From Fastidiosibacter lacustris (lineage in GTDB: Bacteria; Pseudomonadota; Gammaproteobacteria; Francisellales; Francisellaceae): a DNA stretch of 32,000 nucleotides. The stretch spans positions 41,748-73,747 of the forward strand of contig NZ_QLIR01000010.1 in the NCBI RefSeq assembly GCF_003428155.1, written 5' to 3'. Below are positions 20,796-32,000 of the stretch, piece after piece; position 1 is the stretch's first letter; each line of letters opens with the position of its first letter. The position numbers and the translations under genes were made by a program. The notes under the pieces are model-generated. The model worked only from the letters and a program-made list of their open reading frames with translations, ran no database searches and had not been told where the DNA came from.

Positions 20796-21980
20796 ATGAA
20801 TAGAATAACGCGTTTACTACACCTTGAAAATAACGATGCTTATCAAGCTATGAGCATGCCTATTTATCAAGTTAGCACTTTTAATCAACATAATACAGAT
20901 ACATTTGAATATTCTCGTATCCAAAATCCAACTCGTCGCTATCTGGAAGCACAACTGGCGATTTTAGATGAAGCAGATGGTGCTTTTGCCTTGAGTAGTG
21001 GATTATCTGCACTTAATGTGACCTTAGGTTTACTTAAAGTAGGGGATGAGATCATTGTAGGTTGTGATTTTTATGCAGGAATTTCATTTATTCTCGAAGA
21101 GATGTGCCTAACACGCGGAATTAAGGTAAAGCAATTGGATTTACAAAATCCAGAATCCTTAGAAAAAAATATTAACGAACACACCAAAATGGTCTTATGC
21201 GAAACGGTTTCTAATCCTTTACAGAGAGTTACACCTATTTCTGATATTGCGCATATTACTAATCGATATAACATTTGTTTAGTCGTAGACAATTCGTTGA
21301 TGTCTTCTTATGGATTTATGCCGCTTAACTTTGGTGCAGACATTGCTATACAATCTTCAACCAAGTATTTAGTGGGGCATGCAGATATGACTTCAGGTGT
21401 ATTGGCTACCAGTCAAAAATACACAGATAAAGTCGTAAAAATTATTCGCCAGACAGGCTATGCTTTGGATCCTTTCCAGTCTTGGTTATTATCTAGAAGC
21501 TTAAAAACAATTCATTTACGCATGGATAAGATTCATTATAATACTCAAGTAATTTATCAATATTTAAAAAATACAGGTTTATTTAAAGCAATTTATTATT
21601 GTGGTGATGAAAGTCAAAAATATGCCACTTGGCTTATTAATAACAGTATTACTTTAGGTGGCTTGATTGGCGTTGAATGCCACGACCAAGTTCAATTTGA
21701 TCATTTGTATGAAAAGCTTAAAGCATATTTTCCCAAAACGGTAAGCTTTGGTGCTGTACATAGTTCATTAAGCCATCCAGCTACCATGTCACATAAAGAG
21801 ACACATAAATTGCAACAAATTCGCTTACAAGTTTCACCATGGTTGTTAAGATTATCTATCGGTTGTGAAGCAGTAGAAGATACACTTACGGTATTTCAGG
21901 AATTTATGAATGAAAATAAAAGCAGTCAACAAGCTAAAAGAAGTAAGCAACCTAAGCAAAGTGAAAAAGTTAATAGTTAA
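20796..21980 (+). CDS. Cys/Met metabolism PLP-dependent enzyme (cystathionine gamma-synthase/beta-lyase family)
   Basis: YSRIQNPTRRYLEAQLAILDEADGAFALSSGLSA...VVDNSLMSSYG...SSTKYLVGHADMTSG PLP-lysine motif. Confidence 0.9.
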   Translation: MNRITRLLHLENNDAYQAMSMPIYQVSTFNQHNTDTFEYSRIQNPTRRYLEAQLAILDEADGAFALSSGLSALNVTLGLLKVGDEIIVGCDFYAGISFILEEMCLTRGIKVKQLDLQNPESLEKNINEHTKMVLCETVSNPLQRVTPISDIAHITNRYNICLVVDNSLMSSYGFMPLNFGADIAIQSSTKYLVGHADMTSGVLATSQKYTDKVVKIIRQTGYALDPFQSWLLSRSLKTIHLRMDKIHYNTQVIYQYLKNTGLFKAIYYCGDESQKYATWLINNSITLGGLIGVECHDQVQFDHLYEKLKAYFPKTVSFGAVHSSLSHPATMSHKETHKLQQIRLQVSPWLLRLSIGCEAVEDTLTVFQEFMNENKSSQQAKRSKQPKQSEKVNS

Positions 21981-22605
21981 TGTAGCTAGCTTAAGTATTT
22001 TAATGAACATGCTTAGTGCATGTGCACCTGTTATTATTGCAGGGGCGGGGGCTGCAATTGTAGGTGCGAATGTAGTAGGTAGTAGCGTAGATAGCAAAAC
22101 GAATGTATCAGATAAGAGCATTCAATTTAAAGCGATCTCATTATTAAATGATTACCCTGAGCTTACAGGGAATTCAAACGTTGAACCAGTTGTGTTTAAT
22201 CATATTTTATTGCTGATTGGTCAGGTCTTGACAGAAAGTTTGAAAGCTGAGCTTGCTAATAGAATGGCTAAGATTCCTGGTGTGAAGGTAGTTTATAACC
22301 AACTAACTATCGGGGAGACGGTTGGTATTGGTGGTTATCTTTCTGATAGCTGGATCACCTCAAAAGTAATTTCAGCATTGATTTCAAGCGGTGTTAACAG
22401 CTTAAAGTTTAAAGTGGTAACAGAAAAAGGTGTTGTCTATATATTGGGTGTGGTTACAAAAGCTGAAGGTGCTCGTGCATCAGCAATTGCTACAAATGTA
22501 CCAGGTGTGCAAAAAGTCATTGAAGTTTATGACTATGTATTAGCGCCACAACCTGAGCCAACAAGTGATATAGAATACTCAACAATAGAGAAAGGGGCAG
22601 CATAA
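21961..22605 (+). CDS. BON-domain outer membrane lipoprotein (DolP/YraP-like); supplied ORF starts at 21910, GTG at 21961 gives a cleaner lipoprotein signal
   Basis: From GTG: (M)KKLIVNVASLSILMNMLSAC lipobox; two BON-like units including VTEKGVVYILGVVTKAEGARASAIATNVPGVQKVIEVYDYV. Confidence 0.85.
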   Translation: MKKLIVNVASLSILMNMLSACAPVIIAGAGAAIVGANVVGSSVDSKTNVSDKSIQFKAISLLNDYPELTGNSNVEPVVFNHILLLIGQVLTESLKAELANRMAKIPGVKVVYNQLTIGETVGIGGYLSDSWITSKVISALISSGVNSLKFKVVTEKGVVYILGVVTKAEGARASAIATNVPGVQKVIEVYDYVLAPQPEPTSDIEYSTIEKGAA

Positions 22606-23651
22606 TGCAATATTCGTGTGCTGTGTTTATTGGGCGCTTTCAACCTTTTCATATAGGTCATTTGCATAACATACAATATGCACTTAAAATTGCACAAAAA
22701 CTTATTATTGTTGTTGGTTCCGCATTTAGAGCGCCAAGTATTAAAAATCCATTCTCTTATGAATTACGTAGAAAAATGATCTTATCAGATCTTATTGCTG
22801 TGGGTATTGATATATCACGTATTACCATTGTACCAGTGAGTGACTGGTTTTATGATGAAAATGGTTGGAAAAATGAAGTGACATCCTCAGTATATAATCA
22901 TGTAAGAGCAACTGAAAGTATTGCAATTGTAGGCCATGAAAAAGATGTCAGTAGCTATTACCTTAAATGTTTTCCTAAGTGGTATTATATTAATGTAAAC
23001 AATTTTAATGGATTTAATGCAACTGATTTTCGGATGAAATTCTTTGGTAAACATAATTTAGATGAGACTTATTTAGTCAATAATTTAGCATTAGATGGTA
23101 CACGTGAAGCTTTGCGTCAATATATACAAACACCTCTATACCAAGACCTTTGTGATGAATTTGATTACATACAGAGTTATCAACATGCATGGCAAGATGC
23201 GCCATATAAACCTATTTTTGTGACAACTGATGCGATGGTGCTGTGCAATAAGCATGTGTTGCTCATTCAACGCAAGCTTGTACCTGGGAGAAATCTATGG
23301 GCGTTCCCTGGTGGTTTTTTGGATCAGGATGAACGTATAGTGGATGGGATGTTACGCGAGCTTGAAGAAGAAACCAGTATAGACATCAAAAGTTATGAAT
23401 TTAGTCAAAAACTTATTGCACAAGAGGTATTTGATTATCCTGAACGTTCATTAAAAGGTAGAGTGATTACTCACTTAGGCTTATTTATATTACAAACCGA
23501 CTCTTTACCAAAATTGCAAGCTCAAGACGATGCAAAATCGGCAAAATGGATAAAGCTTACTAAAGTAATTGAGAAAATGTCTGATTGTTTAATCGATGAT
23601 CACTACCAAATCATTCGCTTTATGCTTACAAAGTATAAGCTAACGGATTAA
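22605..23651 (+). CDS. nadM: Bifunctional nicotinamide-nucleotide adenylyltransferase / Nudix (ADP-ribose pyrophosphatase-like) hydrolase
   Basis: N-terminal CAVFIGRFQPFHIGHLHNIQYAL nucleotidyltransferase; C-terminal Nudix box GGFLDQDERIVDGMLRELEEETSI. Confidence 0.9.
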   Translation: MQYSCAVFIGRFQPFHIGHLHNIQYALKIAQKLIIVVGSAFRAPSIKNPFSYELRRKMILSDLIAVGIDISRITIVPVSDWFYDENGWKNEVTSSVYNHVRATESIAIVGHEKDVSSYYLKCFPKWYYINVNNFNGFNATDFRMKFFGKHNLDETYLVNNLALDGTREALRQYIQTPLYQDLCDEFDYIQSYQHAWQDAPYKPIFVTTDAMVLCNKHVLLIQRKLVPGRNLWAFPGGFLDQDERIVDGMLRELEEETSIDIKSYEFSQKLIAQEVFDYPERSLKGRVITHLGLFILQTDSLPKLQAQDDAKSAKWIKLTKVIEKMSDCLIDDHYQIIRFMLTKYKLTD

Positions 23652-23696
23652 TCAACATAGGGAAATTACGTTTTTTTTATTATTTTTTATTGATAG

Positions 23697-23702
23697 TATA
23701 CT
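23697..23702 (+). promoter_or_regulatory. Candidate -10 (TATACT) for the small secreted-protein gene
   Basis: TATACT embedded in AGTATACT, T-rich upstream, 66 nt before the ATG at 23768. Confidence 0.35.
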
Positions 23703-23767
23703 AATTTAAATGATCTGCGCTAGACTCAAAAACAGATAAAGTGTGTTGAACCTAAAAGGAGATTATT

Positions 23768-23947
23768 ATGAAAAAACTACTATCACTTATCGTTATGGCC
23801 ATATTTTTAAGCGGTAATATTGTATGGGCAGAAAATAACGATTTTGTGGCAAATTCAACAATGACTAAAAATGTGCAGTATAATCACTTTAAAGCGGCAT
23901 CAGTTGAAAGTCGTAATGCAAAAGTATATTTTCAGGATTTAAATTAA
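23768..23947 (+). CDS. Small secreted protein, 59 aa, unknown function
   Basis: MKKLLSLIVMAIFLSGNIVWAENNDFVANSTMTKNVQYNHFKAASVESRNAKVYFQDLN*; strong SD AAAGGAG 6 nt upstream; good signal peptide; absent from supplied track because shorter than 60 aa. Confidence 0.8.
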   Translation: MKKLLSLIVMAIFLSGNIVWAENNDFVANSTMTKNVQYNHFKAASVESRNAKVYFQDLN

Positions 23948-23965
23948 ATCAAGGATGATTGCCAA

Positions 23966-24421
23966 TTAATTGGATGTTTCTTTTTGTTTTTCCACTTTTT
24001 GCTGATAAATTGTATCAAAGTTAACGGGCGCTAAACAAAGTTGCGGGAACCCTCCTTTTGCGACTAAATCAGAAATGACTTCACGTGCATAAGGATACAG
24101 GATATTTGGACAAAATGCGTATTGGGCATGATCAAGTTGCTTATCTTCCATATTGGCGATTACAAAAATACCAGCTTGTTGTACTTCAGCTGAAAAAGCA
24201 TCAGTTGTGCCAGATTTTACCTCTGCTTCAACTGTAAGCACCACTTCATACATGTTATCTTCTGGTAAATTGTTAACTTTAGTATTAAGTGAAACAGTTA
24301 GTTCAGGTTTCCATTCTTGTTTGAAAGCATTAGCACCTTTAGGAATCTCAAAAGATACATCCTTTGTGTAAATTTTTTGAATTTGAAATTGAATCTCAGT
24401 GTTAGGTGTCTCAGTAGTCAT
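23966..24421 (-). CDS. secB: Protein-export chaperone SecB
   Basis: FQIQKIYTKDVSFEIPKGANAFKQEWKPEL...NNLPEDNMYEVVLTVEAEV...CPNILYPYAREVISDLVAKGGFPQLCLAPVNFDTIY. Confidence 0.97.
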   Translation of the reverse strand: MTTETPNTEIQFQIQKIYTKDVSFEIPKGANAFKQEWKPELTVSLNTKVNNLPEDNMYEVVLTVEAEVKSGTTDAFSAEVQQAGIFVIANMEDKQLDHAQYAFCPNILYPYAREVISDLVAKGGFPQLCLAPVNFDTIYQQKVEKQKETSN

Positions 24422-24441
24422 TTCTTTTCCTTAATTTGTGG

Positions 24442-24702
24442 TTAATTAATATTACTCAAAAGCGCATCAAGTTTATGTTGACGTTCTAGTGCATATAAAT
24501 CATCACAACCACCAATATGTTGATTATTGATAAATATTTGTGGTACGGTTGTACGTCCAGATGCACGATCAATCATTTTATGACGAAGCTCAGGTCGAGC
24601 GTTTATGTCATATTCTATAAAGTCAACGCGTTTTTGCGTTAGTAACGCTTTAGCATCAATGCAATAAGGGCAAGTTGGTTTGGTATAAATTTCAATCATC
24701 AA
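24442..24702 (-). CDS. grxC: Glutaredoxin 3
   Basis: IYTKPTCPYCIDAKALL...RTTVPQIFINNQHIGGCDDLYAL. Confidence 0.95.
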   Translation of the reverse strand: MMIEIYTKPTCPYCIDAKALLTQKRVDFIEYDINARPELRHKMIDRASGRTTVPQIFINNQHIGGCDDLYALERQHKLDALLSNIN

Positions 24703-25250
24703 CTTGCTCCTATTTTTTTTGCTTTGCTTAGTTTGCTAGCAACTTCATGTTCATCCTCTTTTTTATCAATTGGGAGATTATTATTCAACCATTGCTTAAA
24801 GCCACCTTTTAAAACGTAGACTTTATCAAACCCATCTTTTTTGAGCATTTTATAAACGACAGTGCTACGAGTACCTGTGTCACAATAAATAACAATAGGT
24901 AAACTTTTATATTTATTCAAAAACTTAGTGCTTGATTTAAGATTGGCAATTGCACTGTTTATGGCACCAATAATATGACCTTGATTGTAATCTTTACCAT
25001 CACGAATATCTAAGAAAATACCTTTTTCACGATTATTAAGCTTAATAGCATCTTGAGCAGAGAGACTAAAACGTTGATATTTAGTTTGACGAAGTTCAAA
25101 AACAATATAAACCAGGATCGCAAAGATAAAAACAAGACATAAAAGTATATTTTGTGAAATAAAATGACTTAAGTTCGACATAACCTTCCTAAGTTGTAAA
25201 GTGGTATTGAATTGGAATCTAGAGCGAATTATAGCGGGTTTGAAAATCAA
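24699..25250 (-). CDS. Membrane-anchored rhodanese-domain protein
   Basis: N-terminal TM, FLDIRDGKDYNQGHIIGAINS, active-site loop VIYCDTGTRS, VYVLKGGFKQW. Confidence 0.92.
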   Translation of the reverse strand: MIFKPAIIRSRFQFNTTLQLRKVMSNLSHFISQNILLCLVFIFAILVYIVFELRQTKYQRFSLSAQDAIKLNNREKGIFLDIRDGKDYNQGHIIGAINSAIANLKSSTKFLNKYKSLPIVIYCDTGTRSTVVYKMLKKDGFDKVYVLKGGFKQWLNNNLPIDKKEDEHEVASKLSKAKKIGAS

Positions 25251-26143
25251 TGAGAAGTTAAACTTACCAAGGTTTTCTTCACTATCTGTTGCAATGGTTT
25301 AATCCAGTGATTAATAACCGAACTTTTACGATAAATAAGACCAATTTCTCTATAAGGGATGGGTTCTATAAAATCGATATAGTGAATACCTTTATATGGA
25401 CTAAAAACTGTTGCAATTTCAGGAATGATTGTAATGCCAAGTTTAGCAATTACCATTTGACGAAGAGTTTCTAAACCAGTTGCATTACACTGTATGCTTT
25501 GAGCGGGATTTAAATCTAGTGCTAATATTTGATCGCGTAGACAATGACCTTTTTCTAGAAAAAGCATGGCTTCGTCATTAAGTTTTGTAATATCAACTTT
25601 TTTTTGCTTGCTAAGGGGGTGACCATCGTAGACAGCAAGTTTAAATTTGTCTTTAAATAAAGGAATAAAATCCATACCTTGTGGTAAGGATGTTTTAGCA
25701 ATAAATGCAGCATCAATTTGACCATTTTGTAGCATCTGAATTAAAGTGTCTGTCTTTTCCTCGATTGGATAGATGTTGACTGTGCTTTTTTCTTGTTGAC
25801 TTATACGAATCAATCCTGGTAGTAAATATTGTGCTAATGTCGGAAATAAACCAACTTTAAAAAGCTTAGCTTCCTCTTTGTTATACAAATTAGCCGCACG
25901 TTTAATATCTTGTGCCAAGGTTAATAACCCTTGTGCTTTTGCAATGATCTCCTCACCTATAGGTGTAACAAAAATACTTTTTTGAAAACGTTCAAAGATT
26001 GCTACACCTAACTCTTCCTCTAATTTTTTAACTTGCATACTAAGTGCAGGTTGACTGACAAAACAAATCTGTGCTGCTTTGTTAAAATTTTTATATTTAG
26101 CTATTGCAACAATATACTCAAGATCTCGAATATTCATAGTCAA
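25247..26143 (-). CDS. oxyR: LysR-family hydrogen peroxide sensor OxyR-like
   Basis: MNIRDLEYIVAIAKYKNFNKAAQICFVSQPALSMQVKKLEEELGV; redox-site EKGHCLRDQ and ATGLETLRQMV. Confidence 0.88.
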   Translation of the reverse strand: MTMNIRDLEYIVAIAKYKNFNKAAQICFVSQPALSMQVKKLEEELGVAIFERFQKSIFVTPIGEEIIAKAQGLLTLAQDIKRAANLYNKEEAKLFKVGLFPTLAQYLLPGLIRISQQEKSTVNIYPIEEKTDTLIQMLQNGQIDAAFIAKTSLPQGMDFIPLFKDKFKLAVYDGHPLSKQKKVDITKLNDEAMLFLEKGHCLRDQILALDLNPAQSIQCNATGLETLRQMVIAKLGITIIPEIATVFSPYKGIHYIDFIEPIPYREIGLIYRKSSVINHWIKPLQQIVKKTLVSLTSH

Positions 26144-26241
26144 TTCAAACTTACGCAGGTTAAAGCTATCATTTAGATTTAAGCTTACTGTATTTTATGC
26201 CAAAATAAACATCAAAATTAAAACAATAAAGATTTATTTAG

Positions 26242-28134
<1,893 letters not shown>

Positions 28135-28206
28135 TTTTACTTTTTTAGTGTTAACTTTTAAAACACGTGCAGTATCGCGAATACCACTCTACCATTGCTA
28201 AACATA

Positions 28207-29487
28207 TCAAACACTACCAATAAAACGTGTAAATAGACTCAACGTTTTCTCTATATCTCTATCGCTATGTACACTTGAGATAAAACCAGCTTCAAATGCA
28301 GAAGGCGCAAAATACACTCCATGCTCTAACATAAAATGAAAAAAGCGACTAAATGTTTCAAGACTACAAGTTTTTACTTCATCAAAAGTACGCATATCTT
28401 TAGCTTTTGTGAAGAAAAGCCCAAACATACTGCCAATTGACTTTGCCATAAATGGGAACTTATGTACCTGTGCAATACGATTTAGACCTTGCACTAAAGT
28501 CTTTGTTTTTTCTGTTAAGCATTCATAAAATCCAGGCTGGCTAATTTTAGTTAGGGTAATTAAACCTGCTATCATTGCCACAGGATTACCTGATAAAGTA
28601 CCTGCTTGATAAACGGCACCAGAAGGCGCCACCATCTGCATAATTTCTTTTTTACCACCAAATGCACCAACAGGCATACCGCCACCTATAATTTTGCCAA
28701 AAGTTGTCAAATCCGGTGTTATCCCATACAACCCTTGTGCACCTGTTAAGGCTACTCTAAAACCTGTCATTACCTCATCAAATATCAGTAAAGCTTGATT
28801 TTGATCACAAAGCTTACGTAATTGACTTAGAAATAAGGGGTCAGGTTCAATTAAATTCATGTTTCCTGCAATGGGCTCCAAAATGATACAAGCAATTTCG
28901 TTAGGGTATTTTTCAAATAACGCTTCAACACTCTTAATATCATTAAAAGACGCTGTAAGTGTGTCTTTGACCGTGTTTTTAGGTACTCCTGGTGAGTTTG
29001 GTACACCAAACGTTAGTGCGCCAGAGCCTGCTGCTACTAAAAATTGATCAGCATGACCATGATAACAACCTGCAAACTTAATAAGTCTATCGCGCTTAGT
29101 AAAACCACGCGCCAAGCGTACAGCACTCATTGTAGCTTCAGTGCCTGAGCTTACAAAGCGTACCATATCAATGCTTTCAATCAACCCACAAATTTTCTGC
29201 GCTAGCTTTACTTCCAACTCACATGGAGCACCATAACTTAAGCCAAACTCGACTTGTTGTTGTACCGCTTTGATGACATCATCGTCAGCATGCCCTAAAA
29301 TCATTGGTCCCCATGAACCAACATAATCAATATATTGATTACCCTCGACGTCATATACATAAGCACCTTTTGCTTTTGCAATAAACCGTGGTATGCCACC
29401 CACTCCTTTAAAAGCACGCACAGGAGAATTCACTCCCCCTGGTATGACTTTTTGAGCTTGATCAAATAAATTTTGTGAGTTCATCAT
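28207..29487 (-). CDS. hemL: Glutamate-1-semialdehyde 2,1-aminomutase
   Basis: [61 protein letters not shown]. Confidence 0.97.
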   Translation of the reverse strand: MMNSQNLFDQAQKVIPGGVNSPVRAFKGVGGIPRFIAKAKGAYVYDVEGNQYIDYVGSWGPMILGHADDDVIKAVQQQVEFGLSYGAPCELEVKLAQKICGLIESIDMVRFVSSGTEATMSAVRLARGFTKRDRLIKFAGCYHGHADQFLVAAGSGALTFGVPNSPGVPKNTVKDTLTASFNDIKSVEALFEKYPNEIACIILEPIAGNMNLIEPDPLFLSQLRKLCDQNQALLIFDEVMTGFRVALTGAQGLYGITPDLTTFGKIIGGGMPVGAFGGKKEIMQMVAPSGAVYQAGTLSGNPVAMIAGLITLTKISQPGFYECLTEKTKTLVQGLNRIAQVHKFPFMAKSIGSMFGLFFTKAKDMRTFDEVKTCSLETFSRFFHFMLEHGVYFAPSAFEAGFISSVHSDRDIEKTLSLFTRFIGSV

Positions 29488-29489
29488 TT

Positions 29490-30455
29490 TTATTTCTTTG
29501 ATTTCCTATTAATTATTCTATCTTCAACCACATCCATCAATATGTCAGTAGCATTAACACCAGTTTCATTATAAATCTGTTGGGTCATTGTTGGACTCGT
29601 GATATTGATTTCAGTCAAGGTGTTACCGATGACATCAATACCTGCAAATAATACACCATTCGCTTGTAAATCACGACCAACGATATGTGCAATTTCATAC
29701 TCTTCGGCATTAATCTTTCGAATTGAAGTAGAGGCACCGCGTGCTAAATTACCACGACTATCTTCACCACTTGGAATACGTGCCACTAAATATTCTAAAG
29801 GCTCACCATCAACGATGAGAATTCGCTTATCTCCATCTTTAATCGCAGGTTGATATTGCTGCACCATGATAAACTTAGATTCATATTGAGTGATGGTTTC
29901 TAAAATAACATTTTTGTTTGAATCGTTCGGTTGAATACGAAATATCGATTCTCCGCCCATACCATCTAAAGGCTTCACTACCACATCTTTATATTTTTCA
30001 ATAAAGGTTTTTATATGCTTAAAGCTACGACTAACCATTGTCTTGGGTGAAAGCTGAGGATAGTTGTTAATTGAAAATTTTTCATTAGCATCACGTAAAG
30101 TTCGTGGCTTATTAACAACCAAAGCACCTTGTTTTTCTGCTAATTCCAAAATATAAGTGGCATAAATAAACTCCATGTTAAAAGGTGGGTCTTTACGCAT
30201 AAAAATCACATCAAACTCACCTAATCTCATCTTATCACCAGGTATAAGTTGATACCACTTATTATGCTCTTTAGAACCCGTCAGCATTAACTCATAACCT
30301 ATCCCATAGGCAACACCATCCTCAACGAAAATGTCATTAAGCTCAAAAACATATTGTTGCCAATCCTTTCTAGCAACAGATAACATCATCATATACGCAG
30401 TATCTTTTTTAATATTAAATGTATGTAAAGGGTCGATAATAAACGCAACTTTCAT
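29490..30455 (-). CDS. gshB: Glutathione synthetase
   Basis: [75 protein letters not shown]. Confidence 0.96.
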   Translation of the reverse strand: MKVAFIIDPLHTFNIKKDTAYMMMLSVARKDWQQYVFELNDIFVEDGVAYGIGYELMLTGSKEHNKWYQLIPGDKMRLGEFDVIFMRKDPPFNMEFIYATYILELAEKQGALVVNKPRTLRDANEKFSINNYPQLSPKTMVSRSFKHIKTFIEKYKDVVVKPLDGMGGESIFRIQPNDSNKNVILETITQYESKFIMVQQYQPAIKDGDKRILIVDGEPLEYLVARIPSGEDSRGNLARGASTSIRKINAEEYEIAHIVGRDLQANGVLFAGIDVIGNTLTEINITSPTMTQQIYNETGVNATDILMDVVEDRIINRKSKK

Positions 30456-30566
30456 TTTTCTTCCTTAATTTTAATAAAGTAAGATGATACAAGTTTTAAG
30501 GGTGGACTTTAGACCTTATCAAACAATACTTATGTTCAGTTTTATTGTTCAAATACTTCCTTTATT

Positions 30567-31400
30567 TTATAAAGTATCCTCAAGCAACACTTGTGACTTT
30601 ACCGCTTCATCAATTTGTTTTAACTGCATTAATAATGGTTTCATCTTCTGAATTGGCCAAGCATTTGGACCATCGCTTAACGCCTTTTCTGGATTGGGAT
30701 GGGTTTCCATAAATATACCAGAAATTCCGGCGGCAACTGCTGCTCTTGCTAAAACGGGTACGAACTCACGCTGCCCCCCTGATGAGCTCCCCTGCCCTCC
30801 AGGTAATTGCACAGAATGCGTTGCATCATATACAACGGGAGATCTTGTTTCACGCATAACTGCCAATGAGCGCATATCAGAAACTAAATTGTTATAACCA
30901 AAACTCACTCCTCGCTCACAGACCATCAGTTGTTTGTTGCCTGTTGTTTTAGCTTTTTCCATCACCTGTTTCATATCCCAGGGTGCTAGAAATTGTCCTT
31001 TCTTAATATTGACAGGCAAACCTTGTTCACATACACGAACAATAAAGTTTGTCTGACGACATAAAAATGCTGGTGTTTGTAACACATCAACAACAGCTAA
31101 TACTTCATCTAAAGGCGTATCTTCATGGACATCTGTCAATACAGGAACCTGTATTTCCTTTTTAACTTTTTCTAAAATTGCTAAACCTTTCTCAATGCCA
31201 AGCCCTCGAAAGCTGCTTATAGATGAACGATTAGCCTTATCAAACGACGACTTATAAATAAATGGGATATTAAGTTTTACTGTAAGTTCTTTTAGATAAC
31301 CTGCCGTCTCAAGTGCCAGTGTTTCAGACTCAATCACACAAGGACCTGCAATAAGGAAAAAAGGCTTATTTAAGCCAACTTCAAAATCTAATAATTTCAT
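30567..31400 (-). CDS. kdsA: 3-deoxy-8-phosphooctulonate (KDO-8-P) synthase; supplied ORF starts at 31424, MKLLDFEVG at 31400 is more likely
   Basis: [70 protein letters not shown]. Confidence 0.96.
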   Translation of the reverse strand: MKLLDFEVGLNKPFFLIAGPCVIESETLALETAGYLKELTVKLNIPFIYKSSFDKANRSSISSFRGLGIEKGLAILEKVKKEIQVPVLTDVHEDTPLDEVLAVVDVLQTPAFLCRQTNFIVRVCEQGLPVNIKKGQFLAPWDMKQVMEKAKTTGNKQLMVCERGVSFGYNNLVSDMRSLAVMRETRSPVVYDATHSVQLPGGQGSSSGGQREFVPVLARAAVAAGISGIFMETHPNPEKALSDGPNAWPIQKMKPLLMQLKQIDEAVKSQVLLEDTL

Positions 31401-31478
31401 ACGTAACTCTATTGCTATCAACAAATAGCAATAGTGTAATATCGTGATCTATAAATAGAAAGGAATTTCAAAGTATAA

Positions 31479-31625
31479 AACTTAACGTTAGCAACTAACC
31501 CGAACATCATCGATGAGCTTGCGCCTATGCTTGAAGCTGCGTCTAAAAGCTATCAGGTGTGTAAGGCGAGGATTGATGCTGCTGAGAAATTTGTGGCTGA
31601 GTTTGAGAAATCTAGTAATGACTAA
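31479..31625 (+). pseudogene. Gene remnant (C-terminal tail of an unidentified ORF)
   Basis: Open frame with no usable start at its left end: ...NIIDELAPMLEAASKSYQVCKARIDAAEKFVAEFEKSSND*; ATG of a short frame MTKTQKIKVFLAYLILYTIN* overlaps its stop. Confidence 0.45.
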
Positions 31626-31721
31626 AACACAAAAAATCAAAGTATTCCTAGCATACCTCATCCTTTACACCATCAATTGATCTTCACGCAAAAACTGATG
31701 ATAAAGTCAATAAATGAACCA

Positions 31722-31880
31722 TCATTTAATTAGTACTGGTTGAAACTTGGTGCCTTTACCATCGTCTTCAACTTTACGAAACGGTAAGGTAAACGAAAAT
31801 CTTGGTCCTTCAAATAAGGAATCATTTAATTCTTCACCATCACAGAGCAAGTCAGCATAATACTTCGCTAAGGTGTATAA
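31722..31880 (-). pseudogene. Gene remnant (C-terminal tail of an unidentified protein), truncated at a putative IS end
   Basis: ...YTLAKYYADLLCDGEELNDSLFEGPRFSFTLPFRKVEDDGKGTKFQPVLIK*; the upstream frame runs only into the putative IS terminus. Confidence 0.45.
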
Positions 31881-32000
31881 GTTTAGACTTGACCTGACAG
31901 TTGCCTATTTTTCAAACGCGATTTTTGTCAGATATGGTTGAGCAATTCAACCTTCTCTTGCCAGTGCGTTTTCCCATCAGTAAAAGTTGCTATTGGTGTT
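31881..32000 (-). mobile_element. Probable insertion sequence end with the tail of a DDE transposase (TPIATFTDGKTHWQEKVELLNHI*, 31928-31999)
   Basis: Short transposase-tail-like ORF entering from the right edge, then TGTCAGGTCAAGTCTAAAC (minus strand, 31899-31881), resembling an IS terminus. The other end lies outside the window. Confidence 0.5.

Overview
This is an AT-rich chromosomal window, mostly housekeeping, from a gammaproteobacterium. Francisella/Fastidiosibacteraceae-like is my inference, mainly from a bifunctional NMN adenylyltransferase/Nudix protein; I could not run a taxonomy check. Recognisable genes are: a LysR fragment, an EamA transporter, ruvB, nagA, 5-formyl-THF cyclo-ligase, a bolA-like gene, a ChaA-like antiporter, rlmE, a cob(I)alamin adenosyltransferase, trkA, mnmG, two orphan OmpR-type regulators, a PACE-type efflux protein, tex, a Cys/Met PLP enzyme, a BON-domain lipoprotein, a nadM-like gene, secB, grxC, a rhodanese, oxyR, parE, hemL, gshB and kdsA. 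The best candidate for an undescribed system is a compact minus-strand operon at 12803-17131. It encodes an RND-type periplasmic adaptor, a GAF-like + TM + HlyD fusion, and a PqqD/RRE-like + M50 (HELGH) metalloprotease + HlyD fusion. No TolC, RND pump or ABC ATPase is adjacent, and the operon is divergent from a PACE transporter and a QseB/PmrA-like regulator. Other notable points are a response regulator with a degenerate receiver pocket, an OxyR that has Cys199 but Asp at the Cys208 position, an unlisted 59-aa secreted small protein, and a decayed region at the right edge with gene remnants and a probable transposase tail. I saw no CRISPR array, tRNA or rRNA.
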